Shown here one piece after another: positions 38,771-52,399 of a DNA stretch of 64,000 nucleotides. Under the pieces are notes generated by a model. That model did not search any database and was not told where the DNA came from. It saw only the letters and a list, made by a program, of their open reading frames with translations. The stretch covers positions 99,572,001-99,636,000 of the forward strand of contig JAGIQG010000005.1 of NCBI GenBank assembly GCA_024679065.1, read 5' to 3'. Both the position numbers and the translations under genes were made by a program. How positions within the stretch are numbered: position 1 is the stretch's first letter; the number at the start of each line of letters is the position of its first letter. This DNA is from Sphyrna mokarran. Lineage: Eukaryota.

Positions 38771-41229
38771 CGGAAATTGTTTTTAAATTCCGAACCATTA
38801 ATGTAGATTGCGAATATCAGTGGTTTCAGCATTGATCCTAGTTCAGCACTTCCCTTTTTTACAATGTATGGAGTATCCATAGATGTTTAGTAGTTTATTG
38901 TGACAACAATATCATCAATGATTGAAATATGAAGATTTTGATGCAGTCTTTAATTTGGAATACACAAGTTTTGTAGAGTGTCATACTGGTCATTCATTCA
39001 TAATATGTGGTGTGCTGGCAGTGGACCTAAATTCTGTTGTCCATATATCTAGTTACAAAGAAAGTTTGCCCATGTGTAAAAGACTTTGTGCAGAACTCAA
39101 CTTTCCAGCTGGTTAAATAAATTAAATTCATTTATGGGCTATGCTTCAGCAACCAACTGTGGTAGACAATTCTATATGCTAACCATCCTGTGTATAAAAG
39201 ACTTTTTCTCTCTATGCTTCTTCTCTTTGTACTGGTCTTAAATTAGTGTCCGACCAGTGAAAACAGTCTGTCACTATTATTGTTATATAATCCTTCATTA
39301 TCTGGCAAACGGTTGTCAGATTGCTTGTTAACCATTGTGTGATTGCTGGGGGAGAGGTGGGTAGCAGGGAGCGAGGTTGGGCAGGCGGCGTTGGTAGAGT
39401 GCATCAGGATATGCAAGCTCAGAAATCCTCTCCATCGTGCAATGCTCATCCCTAGTAACATCATTATTTTTAACACTACAAGTTTATTTCCTTTCTTTCC
39501 TTTCCCTATATTTCCAAAATGTATCCAGAATTTTTTTTACATTGGCCAGCATCCAGCATGTGTTTGACAGCTTTTTTTATCCTCTCTATCTTGCTGCAGC
39601 TTTTCCATAATGCCTATAATTTCCCATATCCCTTTCTCTCTCCTGAAATCGAGATGTTTGCACATTTTAGTGTTATTCTATCAATTCTCAAGTTGGATAA
39701 TTTATGTATGTAAGAAAGGCACTTCCCAGATCTTACCAGTTGGATAAGGATCTTTTTATTCCTCTACTGTACTTTTTGTTCTCCAATCACCTGTCCATCT
39801 ATATGGCCATCTTTTTGTTTGTTGTTGGCTGTTGTGCAGATTAGGTTGATCATGCTAAATTGCTCCTTAATGTCAGGGGGATTAACAAGGTAAATACGTG
39901 GAATAACGGGGATAGGGCCTGGGTGGGATTGTGGGATTGTTGTTGATGCAGGCTCGATAGGCTGAATGGCTTCCTTCTGCACTACAGGGATTCGATGATT
40001 CTAAGTACTTACCAGACTGGCTCCAAGTAAGTGAGGGGCAGTGAAAGTTGATGCCAGTTGTTGTTAAATTATTTGTCTAGAAATTAGTCTTCATAATTTA
40101 AAAAATTGCAATTGGAAAGATACGCTCAGGTGAAGTTTTGGTAGCTTCAACATTTAGAAGAGCTGTAAGATTTTAGTTTTGTTTCCTAATACATCAGAAA
40201 ATTGCACAAGATTTGGTATCTACTCCTATTTTATGCACTACTATCTCTACAGGAGAAAATATTTTGTTCTAAAGTACTTGTTTACAGTTTGTTTAACATA
40301 GATTAGGCCTGGTTAGTCACATCAGGATAAATAAGAATTCTTATTGTAACTAAGGCCTGCTTTATTTTTTTTTTAAAAAAAGCAATTTGTATTTTTTCTG
40401 TTGGTGCTGCGTTTACTTAGTTTGTTGTTGTGAAAGGAGTCTTCAGTCACATGACATTTGGTATAAAAGCGCATGTGTGCATGCTGCCATAAATATTTTA
40501 GCTGACTATTGGTTAAATGAAAAAACAACTAACTCTATCGTTAATTTCTTGTAGAATTTCTTACACGAGATACAACCCATGAAGTAGTAATGAACTGCTC
40601 AAAACGTGTATCATTGTAAAATACTAAAATACTTCCCAAAATTAAATCTTCAAACATGAAGAGCTGTTCACTGTTTCTTATTGCTGAGATTATAACTGTG
40701 TGGCTTTATTAAAAGAACATTTGTAGGATTCTACTTTACTTAACTGGAGGTAATTTTGAGGTATAAAAGGGATTGGGTGACCTTTTCTGAACTTTGCTGG
40801 CGCCAAGCATGGTTGATTTGATGGTTAAAGGGGATTCTAGGTTGCTTTACTGGGGAGCAGAGATATTAGGTGTTCTCCAGATGGAATATAGCAAGGGTGC
40901 CTGTGATGGCTGTGGCAGACTGTGTTAGGCTTGTAAAGTTTCCTATGCAGTTTTGTTTTAAACTGTTTACTTGACTGCTAATTGGGTTTTAAAGATAGCT
41001 AATCAGCATTTTGACCTGGGTTCATATTGCCATAGATGGATTTTGAGAGGAACAGGCAGGCCATAGAAAGTCATTGAAATGTTGGCATACAGGGGTTTCT
41101 GAAGATACTCTTGAACTTCAGAGATAGGCTTGCAAGAATCTGAAAGGGCAAGAGTACTGAGATAGAGGCAGCAGGTCTAACCATGCTGAATGCACATGGT
41201 AGCTCCTGAATCTAACAGGCTATGTCATT

Positions 41230-41490
41230 CACCAACCCATTTGGTCATGTCCATAAGGAGGGTGAAATCTGCCATGTTTGCCAAGTCTAACTTGTGTGTT
41301 TGACACCACCAGTACACTAAGTGGTTCATTGTTAACTGCCTCTGAAATGGCCTATCAAGCCACTCAGTTACATCATATTGTATCTATGGCACATGGACTG
41401 CAGCGACTCACCACCTACTTCCCATGAATAGGCAGGGATGGGTAATAAATGCTGGCCTTGCCAGTGGTGCTCATCTTCCAAGAACAAAAA
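41230..41490 (+). mobile_element. Same SINE family with a longer LINE-derived tail
   Basis: Body CTCTGAAATGGCCTATCAAGCCACTCAGTT joined to CATGGACTGCAGCG..GGGATGGGTAATAAATGCTGGCCTTGCCAG. Confidence 0.6.
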
Positions 41491-41739
41491 GAAGCTAAAA
41501 ATAACCTGATTCATGGGCAGACTTGATGCCAGATGTTAACAGAAGTTAATGTGGCTTTGATGACAGCTGCAATCTGTTTGTCAGCTCGGAGTGAAATCTG
41601 TGTTCAAGAAGGTTTATATTACAACATTACACCTCAAACACTTTGTTATTGGAAGTAATCATATAGTGTAAATGAGTCAAAGTATGAGTACTGTAGCATA
41701 ATGAGTATTTGACTGGATATGTAAATCACCATAATGATG

Positions 41740-42380
41740 CTTTCCCTCCATCAGTGATGCGTGGTGGCAGCAGTGTCTACCATATACGTGATGCCCTGCA
41801 GTAACTCGCCAAGCCTGCTGAGCAGCACCTTATGAATCTGTGACTTGTACTATCTAGAAGGATGAGGGCAGAAAATGCATGACAAGACTAAGTTCCCGTT
41901 CAATTCACATCCAATCCTGAATTGGAACTATAGCGCCATCCTTCCCTGTTGTTGCGTGCTTGATTGACACACCATCTATCCCCTGAGATATTTACTCAGT
42001 GCACAGTGGCCCTTGTGTATGAAGCAGTTTGCCAACTCTCCTTTAACATCACCTTCCTGACCCATGATCTCTACCAATGCAAAGGGACCATTGCCACCTG
42101 CGTGTTCCCTCCCTGACTTGGGACTGTATTCTGGCTCCTTCACTGTTGGTGTGTCAGAATCCTGGAGCTCCCTTCTTGGTGAGTGCACTTGCACCAGATG
42201 GACTGCAGGGGATCAAGACTGGTTTGTGTAGGCTTAAAAGGCCCTGTTCCATTGCTGTAATTTTCTTTGTTCTTTGTTCTTTGTCCTTTGTTAATACAAC
42301 TCGTCACCAGCTTCTCAAGGGTAATTGGGTACGAACATCAAATCCTGATCTTGCCAGAGATGTACACATCCCATGAAAGA
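41740..42380 (+). mobile_element. 3' fragment(s) of the Zenon/Crack-like LINE family
   Basis: Similar to 22220-22573 (GCAGCAGTGTCTACCAT.., CTAGAAGGATGAGGGCAG, tail CTTCTCAAGGGTAATT..CATCCCATGAAAGAAT). Confidence 0.6.
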
Positions 42381-42765
42381 ATTCTTTAAAAATCCAGAGG
42401 CCTGGACTAACAATTCGAAGTGCGTGAACCCAAATGTCAACATAGTTACTGGAATTCAGTTTTGTTTTAAAAAAAAAAACCCATTTTAACATTTCCTTTT
42501 TAATCAATGAAAGAGATCAAGTTGTTCTTCTCCCCAACATCTCCACCCCAACACTTTAACCAAGTGTTGATTCTAAAATTATACAGAGCACCAATGAGTT
42601 TTTCAGTCTTCTACATTGATTTACACAATACAATCAGATATATTTTTTCTAAAATAGCTGCCACTTTTGAGGGAAAAAGACAAATGAACATAAATTATAG
42701 CTTGAAAGAAGTAAAGTTACTTTTTTGTATTCATTTGGTTTATAACATTTTTCTTAATTTTCCAG

Positions 42766-42837
42766 ACTGTTAAACAACAATCAAATTAGGAGAATTCCCA
42801 GGGGTGCATTTGAAGATCTGGAGAACTTAAAATATCT
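42766..42837 (+). CDS. PXDN: Peroxidasin LRR exon (corresponds to PXDN exon 3): (L)[23 protein letters not shown](L)
   Basis: 72-bp exon with acceptor tttttcttaattttccag and donor gtgagt. It splices in frame to the 26542-26613 exon (CT|A = Leu) across a 16,152-bp intron. The peptide matches PXDN [24 protein letters not shown] as recalled. Confidence 0.92.
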
Positions 42838-44084
42838 GTGAGTAAACCACTTCAGTGTTTGGATGTTGTTATGGACCATTAAACGCCTGTAGAATTTTGA
42901 GAAAATGTGTTCAGTTCCTGTTCTCTTTCACTTTTGGCAAATTCTCACTAATGCCTGAAGTTAATTGATTGCTCAGGAACTGCCTGGTAGGACACTTGTA
43001 TTTTAGAGTCTGTGTATGCCTATCAATCCACAAGAAAGTTTACTTTCTATAGGAGAGAACGTGTGTATTTGACATTTGTATTTTGTGTTACTGGTGAGCA
43101 TTACCAGTTGAACATGCACTTTCTCTGCATCTTTTGGTTTGCAGCTGTTACTATCAGAGAGGCTTGCCTGGATTGAGTTGGTTTCTTGGCATTCTGTTCT
43201 CTTTCTGTATAAGGATTTTCCTGAATGCCATCCATTTTGAGATTGTTTTAAGTATGAGAAATCAATGAATGTTTTCTGTTGCTGCAAATAAGGAAGCAAA
43301 GGATTGCTTGTATAATTTGCAGCAGCTTTTTAGAAGGTTAAAATAAAGTTGGTGATCATCTTTTTTTCTGAAAAAATGCTTTATAATTTGCTGCTGTTCT
43401 GTTTGCTAATGGATGCAGTATTCTGGGGATTGTCATAAAAAATACTTTCTAGATGTCAAGCCTTTTAAAATCGGATTTTTAATATTAAAAATTTGAACAC
43501 ATTATGTTTCAGGACACTGTTATTAATCTTTAGTCCTGAACACAAATAGGTGACAAAAGGGGGCCTCTTGATATATTTTATTTCTTGTTAACTGGTTGTG
43601 TTTTCCAAGGTTGCTTTAACCTCCAAGATGAAAAGTGGGAGTGAGAAAACTGAAAGAGAAAAAAAGTCAATGCATTAAATTTAAAATGGTTAAAAATAGA
43701 AGTGGGAAAGAATACTATTAAAAAGATACAAAATTTAAAATGAAAATGCAGATGAAGTGTAAAAGTAATCTGGGCAGTAGTGAATAATGTACAATTTTTA
43801 ATTGATTGTGCTTTTGGTATGTGGTACTTTGACATTCATAATTGCAGTTTATTAGTTATAGTAAGGTTGACTAGCTGTCATAAAGAAAAGGCATTTGCAG
43901 AGTTAACAAATTTTTATTTGCTGAAATAAAAAATTTGCAGAAATGAAGATGGCAGGACAGGAACACTATTACAGCTCAAAATGTGGGGGTTCCTGGGCTC
44001 TGGTGTGATCCGTGGCAAATACGTCTGTAGTAAGTGTCTGCGCTTGAGGAGATACGGCTTGGAGTCACTAAACTGGAGATTGAG

Positions 44085-45680
44085 CTGCAATAACAAAGCT
44101 TTTGAGAAAGATACAGCGATAATTGTATGATTTTAATCTATATACAGATTGAACCAATCAGATTGGCAAAGGTAATCTGGAAGACAAGTTCGCAACATGT
44201 TTTCAGGACCGTTTCGTAGAGCAGCCAACCAGAGAGCTGGATATTCTGGATTTGGTCATGTGTAATGAGACCTCGTATATAATTATCTAATGACTTCATA
44301 ATAAAAATAAATCTAGATAGCAGTGATCATAACACGATTGAATTTTGCATCCTGCTCAAGGAAGAGAAAAGTAGTGCTAAGACTAGTGTTTTGAATTTAA
44401 TTAAGGGCAAGTATGAAGTTATAAAGACAGACCTGGCTAATCTGTGAAATTAGATCGGGGAAAGTCAGTAAAGATGCAGTGGCAAACATTTAAGGAGAAA
44501 TTGTAAATTTGGCAAATATAGATTCCAGTGAAAAAGAAATGTCCCAGGGGAAGGATATACAATCTGTTAACTAAGGAAATCAAATTGAAAGAAACCGTAT
44601 ACAATTCCACAATAATTTGTAGTTGGTATGGAGATTGAAAGAATATTTTGAAATTTGAGTATGATAGGAAGCTAGCTAGAAATATCACAGGTAACAAATA
44701 GTTTCTACAGTTATTCAGAGAGGAAACACATCAGTGAAGTGAAATTGGTTCTCTACAGGGTGAGCCTGGAGAATTAATAATGGGATTAAGGAAATGGTGG
44801 ATGAATTGAACAGATATTTTGCATCCATCTTGACTGGAGAAGGCACAAGTAACACCCAGAAATACATATGCATTAAGACGTAAAGAAGAAGGAAGGACTC
44901 AAAATAATTTACAATCAGTACTTTGGCTGCAAGAATCGAAAATCAGCACATTATTTAAATGGGGAGAAATTGCAAAACTTTTGAGATAGAGAGGGATCTG
45001 GGTGTCAAATGAATATGAACTGCAAAAGTTAGTATGCAGGTAAAAGTGATTAGGAAGGCAAATAGTGTTATTTGTTGTAAGGGGAATGGAATATAAAAGT
45101 AGGGAACTTTTGCTATAGTTGTAGAAGATATTGGTGAGATGTTATTTGGAGTACTTTGCACAGTTTTTTGATCGAATTTAACAGTAGGCATATTAACATT
45201 AGAAGCAGTTCACTCAACTGACCCCTGAAATGGGGTTATCCAGTGAGGAAGCATTGGATAGGTTGAGCCTGCTTCCATTATAGTTTGAAAGAATGAAAGG
45301 TAATCTGATTGAAATGTATAACATCTGAGAGGACTTAACAGGGTAGATGCTGAGAGGATGTTTTCCCTTATGACAGAGACTGGAACTAGGGGACACAGAA
45401 TAACAAAGGATTTCCCATTTGAGCCAGGGAATGGGAGAAATTTTTTCTTTGAGCATTGTGAGCCTTTGAAACTCTGTTCCACAGAGTGATGGAGGTTGCA
45501 TCATTGAATATTTTTAAAGCTGAGTTGGATAGATTCTTGATTGACAAGGAGTCAAAGGGTATGGAGATAAGAAGAAAAATGGAATTGAGTCCACTGTCTG
45601 ATCAGCCACGATTGCGTTGAATGGTGAAGCAAGCCTGAGGGGCTGAATGCTCTCTCCTAATTCATGTGTTTGTATGAATA
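44085..45680 (+). mobile_element. CR1 ORF2 remnant with large internal deletion
   Basis: APE-end motifs (ILDLVMCNE, SDHN), EMVDELNRYFASI, then the RT C-terminus and 3' UTR. Confidence 0.75.
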
Positions 45681-45849
45681 CTTTAATCCTTCTAATCCTC
45701 ATATTGAAGTTTATTCTTTGCTGCAATAAATTTTTCATCAGTTCTATGCGTAAATCTCAAAAATACCACTTGCCTTCATGCAACTATAGAAAAGTTACAG
45801 GAGGCCATTTGGCCCATGTTGCCCATTCAGAAAGCAGAGGCAGCTACAG

Positions 45850-47986
45850 ATAAAAGCTACAGAGAGTTAGTTACTCCTAGAAGTGATACGTGGGTGACTG
45901 CTAGAAGGGATAAGAAGCAGTCAGAGCAGCAATTTCCACCGTGGCTGTTCCTCTGCAAAACAAGTACTCTGTTTTGGATGCTGTTGGGGAGGACGACTCA
46001 ATGGGGGTAAGCCATGGGGTGCAGGTCTATAGCACAGGTTCTGTCAGATGGGAAGGAGGAAGAAGAGTAGGGGATTAGTCATTGGGGATTCCATAGCTAA
46101 GAGGACAGATAGGAGATTCTGTGGGAACGAGTGAGACTTGCGGTTGGTGTGTTGCCTCCCAGGTGCCAGGGTCCGTGATGTCTCTGATCCTTAAGGATTG
46201 GAGACTCTTAAGGGGGAGGGGAACCAGCCCCAAAGTCACCCATGACATAAGTAGGAAAAGGGATGGGGATGTAAGACAGAAATTCAGGGTGTTTAGGGTG
46301 GAAGCTTAGGGTTAGAACAAACAGAGTTGTTATTTCTGGTTTGCTATCCGTGTCATGGGATTGCAAGGAGAAGAATAGAGAGAGAGAGTGCGTTTGAACA
46401 CGTGGTTAAAGGGATGGTGCTGAATGGAGGGTTTCAGATACCTGGACAATTGGGGCTCATTCTATGGTAGATGGGACCTCTACAAAAGGGATGGTTTACA
46501 CCTGAACCAGAGGGGTATCAGTATCTTGCGGGGGGGGGGGGGGAAATTTTGCCAATGCCCTTTGGGAGGGTTTAAACTGATTCAGAAGGGGGATGGCAAC
46601 CTAAATTGTAGCTCCAATGTACAGGAGGTTGAGAGTAGGGAGATCATGGATAAGGTTTCAAGGTTGCACCAGTGTACTGGCAGGTGGGAGGGTAGTTTGA
46701 AGTGTGTATACTTTAACACTAGGAGCATATGGAATAAGATGAGTAAACTTCAGTCTGGATTAGTACCAGGGACTTCGATGTTGTGGCCATTTCGGAGACA
46801 TGGATAGAGCAGGGACAGAAATGGTTGTTGCAGGTTCTAGAGTTTAGATGTTTCAGTAAGAGCAGGGAAAGTGGTAAAAGAGGGGGTTTAGTGTGGCATT
46901 GTTAGTCAAGGACAGTATTACAGTGGCAGAAAGAAAGTTTGATGAGGACTTGTCTACTGAGGTAGTGTGGGCTGAGATTAAGAACAGGCAAGGAGAGGTC
47001 ACCCTGCTGGGAGTTTTTTATAGGCCTCCGAAAAGTTCCAGAGATGTAGAGGAAAGGATTGCAAAGATGATTCTGATAGGAATGAAAGTAACACGGTAGT
47101 TGTTATGGGGGACTTTAACTTTACAAATATTGACTGGAAAAGCTATCGTTCGAGTATAGTATAGATGAGCTGCAGATCTGGGCTGAGAGGTGGCAAATGG
47201 AGTTTAATGCGGAAAAGTGTGAGGTGATTCACTTTGGAAGGAGTAACAGGGTTACAGTGTATTGGGCTAATGGAAAGAGTCTTGGTAGAGTGGATCAGTA
47301 GAGAGATCTCAGTGTCTGTGTGCATAGATCCCTGAAAGTTGGCACCCAGGTTGATAGGGTTGTTAAGAAGGTGTATGATGTTACTTCTGTTGATAGAGGG
47401 ATTGAGTTTTGGAGCCATGAGATCATATTGCAGCTGTACAAAACTCTGGTGCAGCTGCACTTGGAGTATTGCGTACAATTCTGGTTGCTGCATTATAGGA
47501 AAAATGTGGAAACGTTGGAAAGAGTGCAGACAAGATTTACCAGGATGTTGCCTGGTATGGTGAGAAGGTCTTCTTATGAGGAAAGGCTGAGGGACTTGAG
47601 GTTATTCTCATTAGAGAGAAGTTAAGAGGTGACTTAATTGAGGCATACAAGATGATCAGACAATTAGATAGGGTAGACAATGAGACTCTTTTTTCTCAGA
47701 TATGGTGATGGCTAACACGAGGAGACATACGTTTAAACTGAGCGGTAATAAAAATAGGACAGATGTCGGAAGTAGGTTGTTTACTCAGAGGGTAATAAGG
47801 GCATGGAATGCCTTGCCAATAGCAGTAGTGGACTCGCCAACTTTAAAGACATTCACATGGTCATTGGATAGACATATGGATAATATTGGAATAGTTTAGG
47901 TTAGAGGGTCATTAGATTGTTGCACTGACCAGTGGAACCATTGAGGTCGAAGGGCTTGTACTGTGCTGTAATGTTCTATGTTCTAT
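45850..47986 (+). mobile_element. CR1 with ORF1 SGNH-esterase remnant and APE start, joined to the RT C-terminus by a deletion
   Basis: VIGDSI, GRWDLYKRDGLHLNQRG (esterase), LKCVYFNTRSI and LLGVFYRPP (APE), then a jump near 47160 to WQMEFNAEKCEVIHFG; (TGTTCTA)n tail. Confidence 0.88.
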
Positions 47987-48675
47987 GTCAGCCAAGGACA
48001 CCTAGATGCCTTTTCTAATCCCACCTGTCTGCATCTGCCCATTGTCCTATGACTTACAGCACATAAGTGCAAATCCAGGTATTTTTTAAGAGAGTTTAGG
48101 GCTTCTGCCTCCTCCACCAACAAGGCAATGAATTCCATCCCTACCACTTATGTAAACAAAAAAAGTTCTTCATGTCCCCTCTATCTTCTGCCATTTATCT
48201 TGACTGTATATCCCCTAGTTCTAGAATTTTCCATCAAGGGGAAACAATTTTATCTATCACTTCTCCTTATAATTATAATATAACCTCAATCTGCCCAAGC
48301 TGTCCTCATAGATATGCATTTCTAATCCTGATAATATTTTTGTAAACTTCTTCTGCACTCTCTCCAGAGGAATTTCGAACTTCCTGTAATGTGGTATCCA
48401 GAGCTGCAGTTGTGGTCTCGCCAGTGTTCTGTACAATTCCAACCAATCCCAGCATGGTATTGTACCTCTGCTTTTTTTAATCCTATACCTCTGCCACTGC
48501 ATGTGCCTTCTTTACATTCTTGTCTACTTGAACTGCTGACTTTAGAGACCAGTGTTCTTGTACTTTTTGTTCTTTGTTCATCTCACCCCTTAGTATATTC
48601 CCATTTATTGTGTGTTCACTGTAACTGTTTGATCTGCATAAATGTATTACTTCACACATCTGTGTTAAAATCCAT

Positions 48676-49729
48676 TTAGATTTAAGTCCAACCGATTTTT
48701 TTTTGATAGTAAACTCACAAGCTTTTGAGGTTTTCCTCTTTGTCAGGTGAAAGAGATTTTCTGGTTTCAAACAGCACATATAACAGCACAGAATGTTTAC
48801 AGATTATAATTAGAATGCGAATCTTTACACCTAACCTGCTATTCAAGTCTTAAAGTGGTCGACAATGTGGACGGAGCACTGAGCACAGGTTAAAGAGATA
48901 TGTATTGTCTCCAGACAGTATAGTAAGTGAGGTTTTTTGCTAACCCAGGCAAGTCATGGGGGGTACAGATAGTGTGACATGAAGCCAAGATCCCTGTTGA
49001 GACCTTGTGTGTGCAGAACTTGGCTATCAGTCTCTGCTCAGCGACTCTGCACTGTCAAGTGTCATGAAGACCACCTTGGAGAATGCTTACCCGAAGGTCG
49101 GAGGCCGAATGCCCGTGACCACTGAAGTGTTCGCCAACAGGAAGGGAGCAGTCTTGCCTGGTGATTGTCGAGTGATTTTCATTCATCTACTGTTGTAGTG
49201 TCTGCATGTCTCCCCAATATACTGTGCTTCGGGACATTCTTTCTTGCAGCGTATTAGGTAAACAACATTGGCCGAGTTGCAAGAGTATCTACCGTGTACC
49301 TGGTGAATGGTATTCTCACGTGTGATGATGTCATCCATGTCGATAATCCGGCATGTCTTGCAGACGTTCTGTGGCAGGGTTATGTGGTATTGTGGTCACT
49401 GTTCTCCTGAAGGCTGAATAGTTTGCTGCGAACAATGGTCTGTTTGAGGTTGCGCAGTTGTCTGAAAGTGCTCCGTCCACTCACATTGTTGACCACTTTA
49501 AGACTTGAATAGCAGGTTAGGTGTAAAGATTCGCATTCTAATCAGTAATCTGTAAACATTCCGTGCTGTTACAAGTGCTGTTTGAAACCAGAATACCTTA
49601 TTCACCTGACGAAGAGGGAAACCTCGAAAGCTTGTGAGTTTACTATCAAATAAACCGGTTGGACTTAAACCTGGTGTTGTCGGACTTCTTACTGTGTTTA
49701 CCCCAGTCCAACACCGGCATCTCTACATC
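48676..49729 (-). mobile_element. Penelope-like element: 5'-truncated GIY-YIG endonuclease remnant with inverted pseudo-LTRs, inserted in a CR1
   Basis: Minus strand ~49467-48965 reads ..SCNSANVVYLIRCKKECPEAQYIGE..PVGEHFSGHGHSASDLRVSILQGG..GLNRDLGFMSHYL (frameshifted). ~48680-48880 is the reverse complement of ~49468-49670. 11-bp TSD TTAAAATCCAT at 48665-48675 and 49730-49740. Confidence 0.9.
49600..49639 (+). ncRNA. Minimal type I hammerhead ribozyme motif in the Penelope pseudo-LTR
   Basis: ATTCAC-CTGACGA-A-GAGG(GAAA)CCTC-GAAA-GCTT-GTGAGT. It has the core boxes CUGANGA and GAAA, stem II with a GAAA loop, a palindromic stem III (AAGCTT) and stem I ATTCAC/GTGAGT. Predicted cut after 49633. 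Confidence 0.8.
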
Positions 49730-51077
49730 TTAAAATCCATCTGCCGTTTTAGTGCCCATTTCACCAATCCATCTATAACTATTATGGGCAGTACCAATCT
49801 TTTTGTAAATATCTACTTGTATATTTAGGATCCTGCTTTTTAGTCCTTCCCATTGGATTTTCTCTGATTAATTCTCTACCAATGCTATCCAGTCCATCTC
49901 AGCCACTCCTGCTTTATCTCTATCAGGGCAATGCTAAATCTAACTGAATAGTGATCACCATCCCTGATATGGTTGCTGACTGTCACTTTCCCTTCTCCAT
50001 TCTCCAAGACTAGGCCTCGGTGTAGATGAATTTTCCAAGTTTAAAACTACCTATCGTTCTGTTCTGAAGAGCAAAGTGCCCTTTTTCATTGTTCTGCAAT
50101 TTGTGCAATTTAAAACTCTGGCAAGTGTATAGTTAAAAGCAGACTGGTGACATTGCCAGCTGGCTTCCTGTGTTGGAGGTGGTGACTCATGCTGAGTTAT
50201 GTCTTCTGGGCCCAAGCAGCCATCCTGTGAATTGACCAGACAGTCTTATCGCCCTTTCTAATCTAGATGATGAGCTCAGTTTAAGCAAAGATCCATGTGC
50301 ATGTTTTCTAGGAGGATGAAGGCTTTGCAATCAAGAATGGTAATCCTGGCTTAAGTGGTTTTCATTATTTCTCTCCTGTTGTCCCCAAACTCCCATCCTT
50401 GTCGTTCATCTCAGGCTTTTTCATTGCTCCATCAGCTAATCTGGCTCAGATCAGCTAACTCAGCTGAGGAATTCAATACAGCATCTTGTTTGGCTCATTC
50501 TGTGGGACTTTGGGGAGCAATTTGTGTGATTTACACCAATTTCTTTATCAATGAAAAAGAGCATGTACCAATTAAGTGAGAATGGCAGAGGTGCTAATGC
50601 CAACGCGCAGCAGATAATGTACTGCATACAAGATTATAGCTGCGTGAGCCGCTGTCCAATTAAGTTACAAAACTGCTGAATTTGAAGGAAAACAAGGGCA
50701 AGCAGCATTCATTGTGTTAATGTGTTGTCAGTTTATTTCTTTTGTGCAACTTCAACTGTGAGAATTATGGTCGTGTTTAGGTATCTTTGCACTCAGATTT
50801 CAAATTTTATTGCTGAGGAATAGGAATTCATGATATATTTCCAAAAAAAAACCTGATGAATTTGGAGAGTGTTCAGTTTTTTTTAAGTAACTATTTTTTG
50901 TTCTTGCTCATGCTAGAATTATCGTCATTGTATATAGGCAGGATTAAAGATTCAGTAATGTGAAAGGACAACAGCTGGTATAAATTTTGAGCAAATGCAA
51001 ATCATGTAGACTAATTCAAAAGGCAATACAGTATGCAAGATTTAAAAATAAACCTTCCCTTTGTGGTGTATGAGTTA

Positions 51078-52340
51078 CACAGAAACTAGTAGCAGGAATA
51101 GGCCATTTGGCCCTTTTGAGCCTGCTTCACCATTCATTTTGACCATGGCTGATCATCAAAATCAATATTCTGATTCTTCCCCACTCCTCGCACCCCCCCC
51201 CCTCCGCCCCCAATATCCCCTGATCCCTTTACCCCCAAGAGCTATATCTAGCTAAACACACAGAGTTACTTCTGTGGTAGTGAATTCCACAGATTCACCA
51301 TTCTCTGGGTGAAAAAAAATTCTCCTCCTCCCTGTCCTAAAAGTTTACCCCTTTTCTTCAAACAATATCCCCCTAGTCCTGGACTTCCCCCACCATCGGA
51401 AACATTCTTTCTCAATCTTCCCTATCTGATCCTGTTAGAATTTTATAAATTTCTATGAGATCCCCTCTCATTTTTCTAAACTCTAATGAATATAATCTTA
51501 ACTGACTTAGTCTCTCCTCACATGACAGACTTGCCACCCCAGGAATCAGCCTGGTAAACCTTCGCTGTACTCCCTCTATAGCAGGGACATCCTTTTTCGG
51601 ATAAGGACGCCGAAACTGCACATGATACTCCAGGTGTGGCCTCACCAATGCCCTGTATAATTGTAGCAAAATACCTCTATTCCTATATTCGAATCCTCTT
51701 GCTATGAAGGCCAACAGATCATTTGCTGCCTTTACTGCCTGTTGCATCTGGACACCAAGATCTCACTGATTATCTGCCTCTCTCAATTTGCACCCATTCA
51801 AATAATAATCTGTCTCCTATTTTTGCTACCAGAATGGATCACCTCACATTTATCCACATTTACATTGAGTAGGCATATGCATGGTAGATGCAATCAGCCA
51901 GTCCAAATCACACTGAAGAATCTCTGCATCCTCCTCTCAACTTGCCCTCCTACCTAACTTGGTATCATCTGCAAATTTGGAGATAAAACATTTAGATCCC
52001 TTTTCTAATTCAACAGTTGGTGTCCAAGCACAGGTCCTGCGGAACCCCATTAGTCATTGCCCGCCAATCAGAAAAGATCCAATTCTGCCAACTATTTGCT
52101 TCCTATCTGTGACACAGCTTTCTAGCCTTCTCAAGATATTACTTTCAGTCCCATGTGCTTAACTTTACATGTTAGTCTGCGATGTGAGATTGTCAAAAAT
52201 CTAAATAAACCACATCCACCAGTTCTCCTTGGTCAAGTCTACCAGTTACATTCCCAAGGAATTCCTGTAGATTCGTCAAGCATGATTTCTCCTTGGTAAA
52301 TTCACATTGACTTTGTCTGATTGTATCACCGCTTCCCAGT
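51078..52340 (-). mobile_element. CR1 3' 1.3 kb
   Basis: ORF 51412-51747 LLAFIARGFEYRNR..LYRALVRPHLEY..RGDLIEIYKIL. Confidence 0.9.
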
Positions 52341-52399
52341 TGGACGTTTTGTTTTATTCACATTGACAGCAAACAGGATATATCCTTGGAATTTATTGG

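Larger units (their letters stand above)
47990..49800 (-). mobile_element. CR1 3' fragment hosting the Penelope insertion
   Basis: LYRTLARPQLQ..LERVQKKFTKIL; the CR1 sequence resumes after the TSD at 49741. Confidence 0.75.
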
